Source: Leucoraja ocellata (Eukaryota). From it: a DNA stretch of 61,956 nt. Every line of letters starts with the position of its first letter. Position 1 is the stretch's first letter. Location: positions 9,486,001 through 9,547,956 of the forward strand of contig JAWMAR010000058.1 in assembly GCA_036785375.1 (NCBI GenBank), read 5' to 3'. The notes beneath the pieces are model-generated. The model worked only from the letters and a program-made list of their open reading frames with translations, was not told the DNA's origin and did not search any database. A program made the position numbers and the translations under genes. Below, in pieces: positions 49,889-61,400 of this stretch.

Positions 49889-51525
49889 ACTTTACTCATG
49901 ACTCAAACTGTGACCTCGACATGAAAAGCAGCACTAATCGGACTTTTCACCTACAACACGAGAGAGACGGAGAAAAGGGGTCACCTGTGGAAATGTTCCG
50001 TTCTGCACCTTTATTTCCACTTTCTTTTAGCCCAGTACATATCAGTTTTAATACTTGAATCATGCAGGTCAATAGTTTAAAAAATGTGAAAAGTATATAT
50101 TTATACTTCCAGATAGTGCTATCCATTTAAAAAAAAACTGCTTCAAATGAGCTAGTTGTGTGCACTCATCATGTTTATTCCTTAAATTCCAAAACTATTT
50201 TGAGTTTGGTGATGTTTGGAATGTGAAATCTGCACTGAGTATAGTCTCCCTGTCCAATTGGCAATAGGGCGGGGTGGGGGTGGGGGACGGGGTGGAGAGG
50301 GTAGTTCAAGTGTAAATGTTTACTCAAATGTTCTTTTAGCAAGGAAATGGCAAAAAAAGGTGTGCTCTTTAATATGCCTTGACGTGTACTTACCATAACG
50401 TGGTATTGTAGAGCAAAGTTATCATACTGATCTTGCAGTTTCAAAAAAGAAGTATTGCACCAACCTGTTTCTTTCAAAAACATTTTAATAAGATTAAAGA
50501 AAACCTAAAGAATTTAATCTCTACAGTATGACACTGTGGCAGTAGCTGTGACTTGCAACCCCACCCTGCAAGCCAGGAGGGTACAGCACTTTCAATAGAG
50601 CTTTCATTTTTTTTGGAGGTGCCCTGGTTGTGCCCTCTTGTTTACAGACTTTTGAGGGGAAATGTTTACTCTTCCATCATTAATAAAAATGATTTTTTTT
50701 TAATTAAAAAAATTGCAGATGAAGATGTTCTATCTCTGGGAATATTGAACAGTGTTTTGACCATGTTCTTTTTTTTCTATTCCTCTATATCCTGAAACGA
50801 GAAGAGCATGGTTCTCAGGAAATAGTTCCCTCCCCCTCTCCCTCTTTCCCATGTTAGAGACTTCTGGTAGTTTTGTGTAGGACCCCCTCTCCAAACTTTT
50901 AGCACTGAATTAAACTGCTCTGTAAAATTACATTTGTTTTATTTTTGCCAAGTTAACTGCTTAAAGCTGGATTTTCCAGCTATTGCTTTGAAATTGCTGT
51001 CATTTTATGGTGAGTGAAGGTGAATTTTGCTGACATGTTGTAGTATATATACTTTATTTCCAACACCCTCGTCCTTTATATTCCCATTATCGAGTGGCTA
51101 CATGTATTTTGCTATTATGACTGTCCAATTGACTGTTGTACTTTAAAAAATAAAAACTGGCTGAGATCTGTAACTATGCATACTGTAACCAACTCTGATG
51201 GTTCACAGAATCACTGTCATCCCCGTAAGACGCCGTTTTAATGTTAGAATTTGCTTCTGAGAAAAGTTCAACAGAAAACGAGTTATTTTACACTTTGGTT
51301 TTGTCACAAAATGTATTTGTTCAGAGGAGACAAACCAGGACACAATTTTAACACTGCAGACTTGCCACCATTTCATTGCCTTCATTATAACTGTCTGTTG
51401 GAAGATGCAAACAAGTCAGTGGCTTTTTAACTGTTTACAAATAGAATGTGATTGTAAAATGTATAATTTGGTTGTGTTGAATTATGAAGTTACTTCAAAT
51501 ATTAATAAATCATGACGTTTTTGGC
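49889..51525 (+). promoter_or_regulatory. TNRC6A: TNRC6A 3' UTR with multiple miRNA seed matches
   Basis: No repeat recognised in this AU-rich 1.6 kb. Seed matches for miR-30 (x4), miR-23 (x3), miR-26, miR-148/152, miR-17, miR-27 and miR-144. The 3' end is inferred from the poly(A) signal. Confidence 0.75.
51504..51509 (+). terminator. Probable TNRC6A poly(A) signal AATAAA
   Basis: Followed by a GT/T-rich downstream element at about 51553-51582; alternative AATAAA at 50682 and 51149. Confidence 0.7.
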
Positions 51526-51939
51526 TGCTCAGCATTTCTACCCCTACCCTTCCGTTGTTTCTTTTGGTGTTGTGATTTGTTACTGGAACTGGATGGTCGT
51601 TGACCCACCCCTTTGGAGCCCTCCGAGCGTGTGCCTAGCCCCCCGCTAACTAAAGCAACGGCCTTGTCACTTAACACGGGCCAGAGGTCAGAGTGCAGGC
51701 AGCAGATGGCGTGTTGTTTAATCTGCGGTCAGCCTTGTTCCACAGGAAACTCGCACTCGCGGAAGTGACATTAAACTCCAGACCCTAATGTCTGGCTAAT
51801 TGTTTTTGCACAGCACGGCCAATGTAAAAACATGGAAAAATATACTCTGGTCATGCCAATGCTGCATCCAACCCAAACAAAATAGGCCTGACCTTCAGGA
51901 AAAGGAGTGCTGTTTTATCTGCATGTTTTCTATTACTAT

Positions 51940-52014
51940 TTAGGCCGTCCAGTTTCTTTCCATGTTCACAGGTTCCATCCCGTCACAGTACGAGTGTGGC
52001 CGTCTGCCTTTGAA
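51940..52014 (-). CDS. Last coding exon of the unnamed EGF/TM protein, FKGRRPHSYCDGMEPVNMERNWTA*
   Basis: - strand acceptor tttatttcttccag; phase 0 fits the previous exon; TAA at 51942-51940. Confidence 0.75.
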   Translation of the reverse strand, partial: FKGRRPHSYCDGMEPVNMERNWTA

Positions 52015-52905
52015 CTGGAAGAAATAAATTTGATTTTTAACAAAATCTACAGTACAATTAACATAGACACAAAATGCTGACTCAGTGGGTCAGGCAGCAT
52101 CTCTGGAGAATAAGAATAGATGATGTTCTAGGTCGAGTGTTGGACACTGTTTTGTCAGGGTATGCCCAGGATACGGCGGATGCTTCTCAGGTGGAAGGTG
52201 TTGCGTCTTCTCTCCTGCCTGGCATATGTAGTCCATGTCTCACTGCCGTACAGTTATGCCGTATATTTTCGAGTGAATTCCATGTATTCAATAATATCGT
52301 GGTTCCCATTATATTCATTGTTAGTGGCCATTTTAAAATGTATTCCTGCGTCACTTTCCCCTCTTGAGAGTGGCTGGCAGATTGAGATTACTGCAAACCG
52401 GAAGTGGTTAATCTGACTGTCCCTGCAGAGCTGACGCTGACCCTAACCCTAGTGGGGAATAAGGTCAGTTCTTCTGCAAAACACTAATTGCTGGAGTAAC
52501 TCTGACATATCACCTATCTTATTTCCTCCACGGATGCTGCCTGACCCGCTGAGTTCCTGCAGCACCATGCGTTTTGCTCAAGATCTGCAGTTACTCCAGG
52601 TCAGTCATGGTCAGGTACTGAGCAAAGTGTGCTATGACGATCTGGATACCTGGGCAATGTATGCACCAGGTGTCACAATGCAAGGAGGAATAACAAACAC
52701 AACCAGGCTATTCTTACCAAAGCTATAGGATCTTTGATTCTTACTTCCCATCCAAACTGCAAGCAAATACCAGCTTGCAGCGAGATACTCTGATCCTAAA
52801 AACCGTTATGTCTGAGCTCACCAGTGCCTGCAGAAAGATCGTGTTTGGAGGAATTAAGCCAAGGAAAGGCTCACAAATACACATGGACTGATGCGTGATA
52901 CTCAC

Positions 52906-53056
52906 CGGCCTGTCCCTGCTGTGTTGGTACATGATTGGGAAGGGTGACCACTGGTAAGGTTCAACAGGCCAGCTGCAAACCGACAGATCACTGGCTTTCC
53001 CCGAGTCTCCTGTGTGCTCGTTGATGCTGCTGATGCTAACATCCAGGTGTTGTAGA
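52906..53056 (-). CDS. Exon of the unnamed EGF/TM protein, SLQHLDVSISSINEHTGDSGKASDLSVCSWPVEPYQWSPFPIMYQHSRDRP
   Basis: Long T-tract plus cccactgcag acceptor, donor CCG/gtgagt; 151 nt, phase 2-0, open. Confidence 0.82.
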
Positions 53057-55696
53057 CTGCAGTGGGAAAAAAAAACAAAAAAACTTCTTGACTGCTTTGA
53101 ACGTCAAGTCAGACTTGCCCAATATCCTATGTGGCAATTTTACACCTGGGCACAAAGTAATGATCAACTGAGGGAACTCGGGGTGGTTTCTATTCCGCTT
53201 GTAACCTCCCATGCCTGTGCTTCTACCGTCCTTGGCTGTTTAGATTTCCCCCCCCACTCCCTTCCACCTTCCTCAGTACAACAAAATCAACACATCGGGG
53301 GGCTGGGACTCAAAGCTCAAAACTAATGCTAAAAAAAACAACAGATTGCAATAAACATTAAAGCAAAACAGCAAATGTTGGAAACACTCAGCATGTCCGG
53401 CAGTGAAGATGGAAACAGCATTTAGATCGAAGACCTTTCGGTTGAAAGATTATTAACATATATTGACTTTGTTTCTCTCTCTCTTCAGATCTGGATGATT
53501 TGCATTTTGTTTTCAGTTTAGATTTCTAGCATCTGCAGGTTTAATTTGTTTTTGCAATGCAATAAACATGTATAAATTATGGGCTCTTCCATGTTCACTT
53601 GTATTGACTTTACGAAACGTAAGTGGGTGGAATATTGATACTATAACTATAATTGATACTAGTAATTCTTGTAACACAATCATTTCCTTGCTGAATTCCC
53701 TCGAGACTACTGCCGGAGTAACACCACCTTAATTCAAAAGATTAGGGTCAAGGGAAAAGTGTGAGGATGCTTTGATAACTGTGGAGGGAGGGCTCGTAGT
53801 CAATCATCCTTGACACCACCCGAATCACGTCACAACGGATGTTATTTCGGGATCATGGAAAGCTTTCCAACATCCACCCTCTGAGAATCTCAACACAACA
53901 GCAGCAAAACTTAACTACTTATTGCCCAGAGCAACCATTGTAACTGTGATAGTTACAATTAAACAAAGATCCTTCTAGTAGTAAGGTTTAGTTGCAGCCC
54001 AATTTCCAAGGAGGTCTATTACAATACGATTGCACATTATTTATCCCAGGAGGGAGATGGAACTGCCAACAGTCATAAAACACATGTGCCAGGTTGGGGT
54101 GGGCGGGTGAGGGTAGCTGATTGGCATGTATGATTTGGTTGAAGGGGTTGTTTCTGAGCTGAGTTATGACTACAAGGAGGAATTCAGTGTGTCGTTAAAT
54201 ACTGAAGCTCACGGCCATGGAGAAAATGGTTTTCAGCCAGCTCTGGATCAGTTGTAACACTCAAGATTGTGTCAGAAGACAGTGAACCACTCCACTGAGT
54301 CGATATTAAAATCTAAGCCATTGCTCTCGGGAGGACAAATGTAGAAAACCTACAACATGCAGGGCAGTCGACCTTTCGTGTAAGTGCCAGTTGAAAAAGT
54401 ATCCAGTCTCATCCCTCCCTCCAGCACCAGCTCTAGTCCTGCAGGTCAGTCCACTTCCACGCACAGGTTAAATGTGATGAGTGCTGTGTTGGAGTGGGTT
54501 CCCCTCTCCTCCCCTCATTCTCTGGGTGAAGAAAATCCTCATCTCTTTAATCTTACACCAATCCACTCCCTTTTGATTTTTGACCTCTGCGAACAGTAAT
54601 AGGCTCTTTATCTAGGCCCTTCATTTTATTTATATGGTGAAATTACCCTCAACCTCTTGTTCCAAGGAAAAATACCTTAGCATACCTATTCTTCCAAGCT
54701 CTAATTCTACCATTCTCACCAGAATCCTTAGGATGTTTGTCTGCACTGGCATCTTCTCTGCAATGTGGCGGCTGGAACTGTATACAGCACACATGGTATG
54801 GTTTAACTAATTACTGCCAGAGTACATATATATCACTCCCAGCTCTATATATTATATACCTCGACTGATAAATAAAAGCACCCTATATGTCCTACTTTTT
54901 CATCTGCCCTGCTGGCTTTGAGGGGAGATGTGGATGTATATTCCAAGTTCATTCTATATGTTCATATTTAGAACACATGAAAAGTACAGCACGGGAACAG
55001 GCCCTATGGCCATCTAATCCGGGCACCAACCTGGTTAACCTGCACTCTCTCCAAAGCCTCCAATACTTCCTGTAATGCTCCAAAAAGTCCTATACATTTA
55101 TTGTGCATTCACCTATTACACCCCTAAATGCATGTCTGTAAATTCCATTCATCTGACCACCCTGTCTCCTTTGCTCTATTTCCCTATTTGTCCTCATGGG
55201 CAATTTTTGTGTCATGTGCAAAATTCTCATTCCCCAGATGTTTTAATCAAAGGGCATTACTATGTACAATAAACCCAGAGTAGTGACAGCTTGGAACCTT
55301 TCTGGTAACAGCATCACAATCCAGATAAAACACTCATCCTGCCACTGAGCCACATTTTGAATCCAATTTGTAGTTGCCTCTTGCTTCTCAGAGGCTTGTA
55401 CTCGTTTGGCCTTCCTGCCACAGGGGACCTCATCAAATGACTTGCTAAACACCCGGTAGACTACATCCACCACACCTCCCTCATTGATCCTCCTTGTTAC
55501 CTCAAACAATTCCTTGTCAGAGAGTTCTGAAGACACTGATAAAATATTAATTACAAACCATACCCATATACTTCACCACCATATATAGATTATTGTTTTT
55601 GACCCCAAGGATAATCGGTGAGTCCTGACACAGCCATGTACCGGTAATTGAAATTAAAATCTGGTAGTTCTTTGGAGAGAGTCCAGGCACTTGCAA

Positions 55697-55953
55697 GATA
55701 TTCTGGTGGTCGGACAGATAGACTTTGACCAGAGATTCTGGGCACGGAGACTCGGACATTGTCCAGAGACTTCAAATACTGGACAGACAAATCTTGGCCT
55801 GAAATTCCAGTCACCAGAGAGATGAACATTGACTTGAATTTCTGGGCACCAGAAACTTACTAAGTTGGCTGGAGATCCTGGGAGCCGGAACGATGGACTG
55901 ACCTGAGATTCTGCCTGATGGGCAGACGGATTTATCCTGAATCCCCCGGACAC
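55697..55953. repeat. Degenerate tandem repeat of about 35 bp (7 or more units)
   Basis: Units start at 55697, 55732, 55766, 55801, 55836, 55872, 55905 and 55939; approximate consensus GAGATTCTGGGCACCGGACAGAYRGACWTTGRCCW. Confidence 0.65.
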
Positions 55954-56128
55954 TAAGGGTTTGACCATAGCCAGAGAGCTGTGCACTGGAGATGCAGACT
56001 ATGTGTGGAGAAGGAGGAGAGGGGTTGGCTGTAGAAAGGGGCAGGGATATTTTATACACAAAAATCCCTGACATGTATTGCATTTTAACCATTTTGTGTT
56101 TTAACACACTTTCCTGAATCATTTATAC

Positions 56129-56356
56129 CTGTGCCTGAAAGGTGGCTGGCTGTGCCGTCCTGTCCTGCCACTGTTGTATGTGCCGGTCTCCGACTCCTCG
56201 TGGCAAGAGTAGAAACTGGTGTCCAAGATATGCAGATGGATCAGTTCATCCGAGTTACTGAAGCCGGGATTGTCCAACGAATTCACAGAAAAGTTGAGCC
56301 AGGATTGGGATTGGTTTTGATTGGAGAAATCATCAAAGCGACTGAAACGCTTATAA
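56129..56356 (-). CDS. Cytoplasmic-tail exon of the unnamed EGF/TM protein, SYKRFSRFDD...SLDNPGFSNSDELIHL...PPFRH
   Basis: Acceptor tttcccttcgtag, donor AG/gtataa; 228 nt, phase 2-2. Confidence 0.85.
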
Positions 56357-58675
56357 CTACGAAGGGAAAAAGTCACAACAACATTCTTCAGGGTGTTTGA
56401 CCAGTCAAATAGGAACACACATCCTTTTGAAACTCCAGAATATTGCATTTTAAACAGATGTCATAAATGTTATCTTTTTTTCCTGTACATGTGTGCCTTT
56501 GTTTATGAACACACTTGTGTTGGGCTCTACATCATCAAACGTTTTGAAGTGTTGAGCCAAAGATTTACTGGGCAGATAGCAGGCCTCCTCCTTGTTACTG
56601 AAACTCAAAACAATAAAAATGGCAAGTTCAAGATAGATTTCAAGGATCTATGGAGTTTCAGCGACTGCATGGATCAGAGACGGAGCCAGCCACTGCCAAC
56701 GCACTCTTGGAAGGGGAAGAAATAAATCCAGTTGGTATGGTCCACAGTGAATAGAACTACATTTAGGAAGCTGTGTGGATGCATCAGGAGTTAGGCTGCA
56801 CATTATAAAGCAAGATCTCAGAATTCTTGTCCAAACCATGTGTAAATTAGCAAAGATGCAGACACATCAGCAGAATGAACACAACTAACAGTCAAGTGTG
56901 GGAAGGAGGGAGTTCCTTGTTATGGGTTATTGACACAGTTTCAGGGGCAGGAAGAGCTTCACAAGTGGAATACAGTTAACCTGAACGTAAATGGTATCCA
57001 CGTCCTGCAGGAAAGGATATGTAAAGAGATGGCAAAAAGCTTTGAGGTTTTGAAACACAAAAAAATGAGACAGTTAAATGTAAACAAACGGCAGCAGGAA
57101 AGAATAAAGTAAAGGGAAGAATTTGGCAGCAAGGCAGCAAATGGAATATGAGATGGTTTATATTAAATGAAAGGAAATCCTATTTAAAAAGTAAGTTAAA
57201 CTATCTTTAAGCCATGTTCGAACTCTTAAATGATGCCAAGAAGTTGGATGCAATCATGCATTGGGAGGAACCAAGACATAAGAAAGATTACCGAGGCATA
57301 GTGGAAAAATCAGGACCAGGAATAAAACGCTGCAGGGTGTAACATAATTAGAAATGAGAGGTGAAAAGGCAAGGTGGAATTGATAGATACAACATAATGT
57401 AATGGAAATATATGACACAACTATCACAGGGGCACAAATAGTAAGCACAGTACTGGAAATATCTCACATATGCTGTAAGTGTGGTCTCCACCTAACAATG
57501 AAAAGCGAGAGAAGAATTATCCAGGAAAATTAAGGAAATATTGGTGTAAAAATATGGGCAATTTTAGTTACCCTGATTTTAATTGTATGCAGAAAGTAGG
57601 AAAACGTTGTAATAGAGTGGTGTACACAAAATACAGTACTCCTTTCTAACCAACCTTATTTTAAAAAGTCCAAAGATCTGTTATTGGATGTAGATATGGG
57701 GTGAAGTGGGGGCAAGTGGGGGAACATTGAGCAAGAATGACCATAAAATATTATATTTTACGATAATGGAGAATACAGAAAACTAATATGATGATATAAT
57801 AAAACTAATAATAACAGAAAACTAATTTGGGAGAATAAAAATATTTTTAAAGATAAAATGGATAGCAATATTCAGCAAGTAAACAGATGACAGCATGATG
57901 GTAATTAGGAAGGTAAAAGGGAACTATGCAATACAATTTTTAAAGAACATAAAAGAGTAAAAATATCTTACAGACACAGGGACGGTCTACTCCAAATGTG
58001 GTCTAACCAAAATCTTATTTGTAGCTCTTTAAAAATTTGGTTGGGCTGCATTTGGAGTACAAGGACATTTCTGATAGGCACATTATAGAAGCTTTGGAGA
58101 GAGTGAATAGGATGTTTACTAGAATATTGCCTGGATTAGAGGGTTTCAGCTGCAGAGAGGGTTTGGATAAACCTGGATGCTGGAGTTATCAGCTATCTTC
58201 GGTGTAAACCAGGCATCCGCAGTTCCTTACATAAACCTAACCCATGCAGTCACTCCGCATACAGGATTAGTGAAAGGACAATGATGGGGTGACATCAAGA
58301 ACATTAAATCATCAATTTAGTTTGCTATGTTGCATATCAGATAAATGTTGAAAAATTTGTATTTTAAATAGAAAAAAATGATACATTAAATTAATTCAAA
58401 CTCAAAGAGGATATAAACCCTGGTCTGAATTTATTGCAATCGTGAAATTTAATATGTTGAGAAGCAATAACAGGGGAAGAGACCCCCAAATGTAGCAACA
58501 CGTTAGAAACTTTGCTGAATAGAGCCAGGGGTGGTGGTGGGAGCAGACCCGATAGTGGTGTTCAAGTGTCTTTTCCACAGGTTAGTGGAAGTTGCAGGAA
58601 AATGAACATTTGCCACATTCCCTCCACTCCCTCCATTCTCACCCCTCTGCGTCGCTGCCATGAACCCTCTCTCAC

Positions 58676-58867
58676 CTGCTTCGGGTCTGGTCCATTTCGG
58701 CCTCGATCAGCACCACCTTGTACCTCCGGAGGACTCCGATGGCCACGGCGGCTAGCAGCAAGGCCAGAGCAAACACCACGCCGAACACGATCGCTATCAG
58801 GCTCTGCCGGGTCACTCTGTGGTCGCACCGGGGGCCCATGTACCAATAATCACTGCCCACGGGGCAC
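58676..58867 (-). CDS. EGF-end plus transmembrane exon, CPVGSDYWYMGPRCD..LIAIVFGVVFALALLLAAVAIGVL-RRYK
   Basis: Acceptor tttcaccgcag, donor AG/gtgaga; 192 nt, phase 2-2; 24-aa hydrophobic helix followed by a basic stop-transfer sequence. Confidence 0.9.
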
Positions 58868-59082
58868 CTGCGGTGAAAGACGATGAGCAGCGGCTGACAC
58901 CGAGGTCTCAGAGACAGTCCGATTCACAAAGCACTATCATCGTGCCTCTTAATGAGACATTGTAGCCCCACAGGACAACTTTCCCCCACTAAACTACTAA
59001 AGGCTCTTCAAACCCTTGCCCCATTCCCAGCTACAGCTCCCATCCAGGCTACCACCCCTGTTGCCTTTATATATCCCTAGAC

Positions 59083-59358
59083 ATTAGAGATATAGCGTGG
59101 AAACAGACTCTTCAGCCCAGCGATCTCTCCGTACACTAGCACCATCCTACACACTAGAGGCAATTATGTTTTGTTTACCAAAGCCAATTAACCTGCACGT
59201 CTTTAGAATGTGGGAGGATAATGGAGCAAATGGAAAAAACCCACATGGTCACAGGAAGAACGTGCAAACTCCGTACAGACAGCACCCGTAGTTAGAATCG
59301 AACCCGGGTCTCTGGTGCTGTAAGGCAGCAAATCTACAGCTGCACCACCATGCCGCCC
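59083..59358 (-). mobile_element. HE1/V-SINE-like element
   Basis: Same head, core and tail as 15254-15547; a further diverged copy lies at about 59590-59803. Confidence 0.85.
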
Positions 59359-59459
59359 CTTCCTCATGCTTTGGAGTGAAGCAAAGCGTTGCAGAGAGAT
59401 AGACCACGTAAAGGGGCCCTTCAGCCCACCGAGTTCACACCAAATTTCAACCTGGACTG

Positions 59460-59581
59460 GACAGGTTTAGAGGGATATGGGCTGAAGCAGGCAGGTGGGG
59501 CTAGTGTAGATGGGCCATGCTGGTCGCTATGGGCCATGTTGGTCGCTATGGGCCATGTTGGTCCACAGTGTATGATTCTAT
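59460..59581 (+). mobile_element. CR1-like 3' tail with an internal 19-bp triplication (59511-59563)
   Basis: TGGGCCATG(C/T)TGGTCGCTA repeated about 2.8 times; ends TGTATGATTCTAT. Confidence 0.65.
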
Positions 59582-60299
59582 AAACACCCACTTCCATGAA
59601 TCCTACTTTAATCCATTTTATTCTCGCAAATTTCTCTCATTTCCCTCCCAGATTCTACCACTCACGCACAGGGGCACAATTTATGGTGGCCAATTAATCT
59701 GCTAATCATGTTGTTGGGATTAGTGAGAAAGCCCACATGATCACAGGAGGCCAGATGGAACATGGCCTGGGTTGCTGGAGCTGTCAGGCAGCAGCTCTAC
59801 CTGCTGGACGTCCCTGGTGTTCTTGGTTCTTGGTTTCTTGGTCCTCCAAAATACTCCAAATGGAATTTATACTGGAGGTGGGATACATCACTAGCTGCAG
59901 TTAAGAGTTACATCACTAGCTGCAGATTGTACGCTGTATCATAGCAAAGGCGTAAATAACATTTCTAAAAGATTGGTGAAATTTAGGGAACTAATGTCAG
60001 ATTCATCCTCCATACCATGCATTCTGCACCCCATGTTTCTAAACACAGCACTTTGGGGAGTGTTGTATAGCAGGGAACTAAGGGAGCATGTACATACTTC
60101 CTTGAAAATGGCACCCCAGTTAGACAGGGTAGTCAAGAGGCCCTTCATCAGTCAGGGTATTGAGTATAGAAGTTGGGGTGTATGCGCAGTTGTCTGGGAT
60201 ATTGAGGAAGAAGAATAAAACTGGAAACTATGGCAGAAGTCTCTGGGATCTGTTAGCGCAATTTAAATGATGCAACTGCTGTGTTGCTATGAGTGCTGT

Positions 60300-60536
60300 C
60301 AGTACAGTGTTTGTACGTTCTCCCCATGACCTGCGTGAGTTTTCTCCAGGATCTCCGGTTTCCTCCAACACTCCAAAGACGTTCGGGTTTGCATGTTAAT
60401 TGAACAGTAAAAAATATAAATTGGCCCTAGTGTGTATCGGATAGTGTTAATGTGTGGGGATGGCTGGTAGGCACGGACTCAGTGGGCCGAAGGGCCTGTT
60501 TCCGCGATGTATCTCTAAACTAAACTAAACTAAACT
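60300..60536 (+). mobile_element. 5'-truncated HE1/V-SINE-like element
   Basis: Core domain and (TAAAC)4 tail. Confidence 0.85.
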
Positions 60537-60761
60537 ATACTGCTGTGGTGGGATTTGCTCTCAAGCCTTTGGATTTGGTATTTACAGGGGGTTTACTTGA
60601 GGCAGGGTCTGGATGGACATCTCCCTCCAACACTTCATCACTCTTGCTAAGGCCATTTGTCAGTTGGACAGCAGAGAGGCTTCAAAGGGTTCTCCGTCTA
60701 CACTGAAGATGATAGACACTGAGCAACCTGCCCCGTGCACGGGGAACGCCACGTCACTTAC

Positions 60762-60924
60762 TGGCAGATTGGCCCCTGGCCCCGGCTGTGAGTGCAGATG
60801 CCGCTGTTCTTGCAGTAGGCAGTGTGGCAGAGGGAGGTACAGCTCACGTTCCCTGACTTTCTATGTACGCACTGGAACCCGTTCTGGCAGAAAAGCACCT
60901 CACCACACAAAGCAATTAGTTTTT
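60762..60924 (-). CDS. Cys-rich/EGF-like exon, EKLIALCGEVLFCQNGFQCVHRKSGNVSCTSLCHTAYCKNSGICTHSRGQGPIC(Q)
   Basis: Acceptor ttctctctctacag, donor CA/gtaagt; 163 nt, phase 1-2; joins the TM exon to complete a 6-Cys EGF domain. Confidence 0.9.
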
Positions 60925-60978
60925 CTGTAGAGAGAGAAAGAGAGAGAGAAATGTATGACAACGTGATTGATACACATC

Positions 60979-61400
60979 GGTAGGAATGAACTGCAGATGC
61001 CGGTTTACACCAAAGATAGGAACACAAAGCTGGAGTAACATAGCGGGTCAGGCAGCATCTCTAGAGAAACGGGACAGGTGAAGTTTTGGGTCAAGACCTT
61101 TCTTCAGACTGAGAGTCGGGGAGAGGGAAAGGAGAAGTAGGAAAAGGCACAGAACAGATCAGAGCTGGCACTGATGGCCAAAGAGCCCACAATGGTCCAT
61201 TGTTGACTGTGGAGGAGGTGGTAATGAGGGGATACGAACACTGAAACTAGCCGGCCGACTAGAGTGGGGAGAGATGGTGGGAGAGGGTTTTGCTTGAAAT
61301 TAGAGAAATGAATATATTTGTACTGCTGGGTTGTAAGCTGCCCAAGCAAAATATGAGGTGCTGGTCTTCCGATTACTTGTGGCCTCACTTTGACACTCAA
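60979..61400 (-). mobile_element. Penelope-like 3' fragment with a hammerhead-like repeat
   Basis: Similar to 45790-46330; the - strand reads CAGT-CTGAAGA-AAGGTCTTGACC-CAAAAC-TTCACC (GAAA box mutated). Confidence 0.75.

Larger units (their letters stand above)
7865..51525 (+). other. TNRC6A: TNRC6A (GW182) gene, 5'-incomplete: 20 coding exons, a candidate microexon and the 3' UTR
   Basis: The spliced exons total 6008 nt in one frame. They encode [11 protein letters not shown], the GW-rich Argonaute-binding domain, a UBA-like remnant, a Q-rich region, QSRLKQW, PAM2 ([10 protein letters not shown]), LAHELW, the RRM and the C-terminus [16 protein letters not shown]. Paralog-specific segments match TNRC6A. 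Confidence 0.95.

Noticed and set aside
55697-55953. CRISPR-like array
   Set aside because: Eukaryotic intron; the units are contiguous and degenerate, with no conserved-repeat/unique-spacer structure and no cas genes.
51940-60924. Calling the downstream gene IMPG2, HEG1 or a mucin by symbol
   Set aside because: Only the EGF module resembles IMPG2. The tail differs and the N-terminal part is outside the window, so no symbol was assigned.
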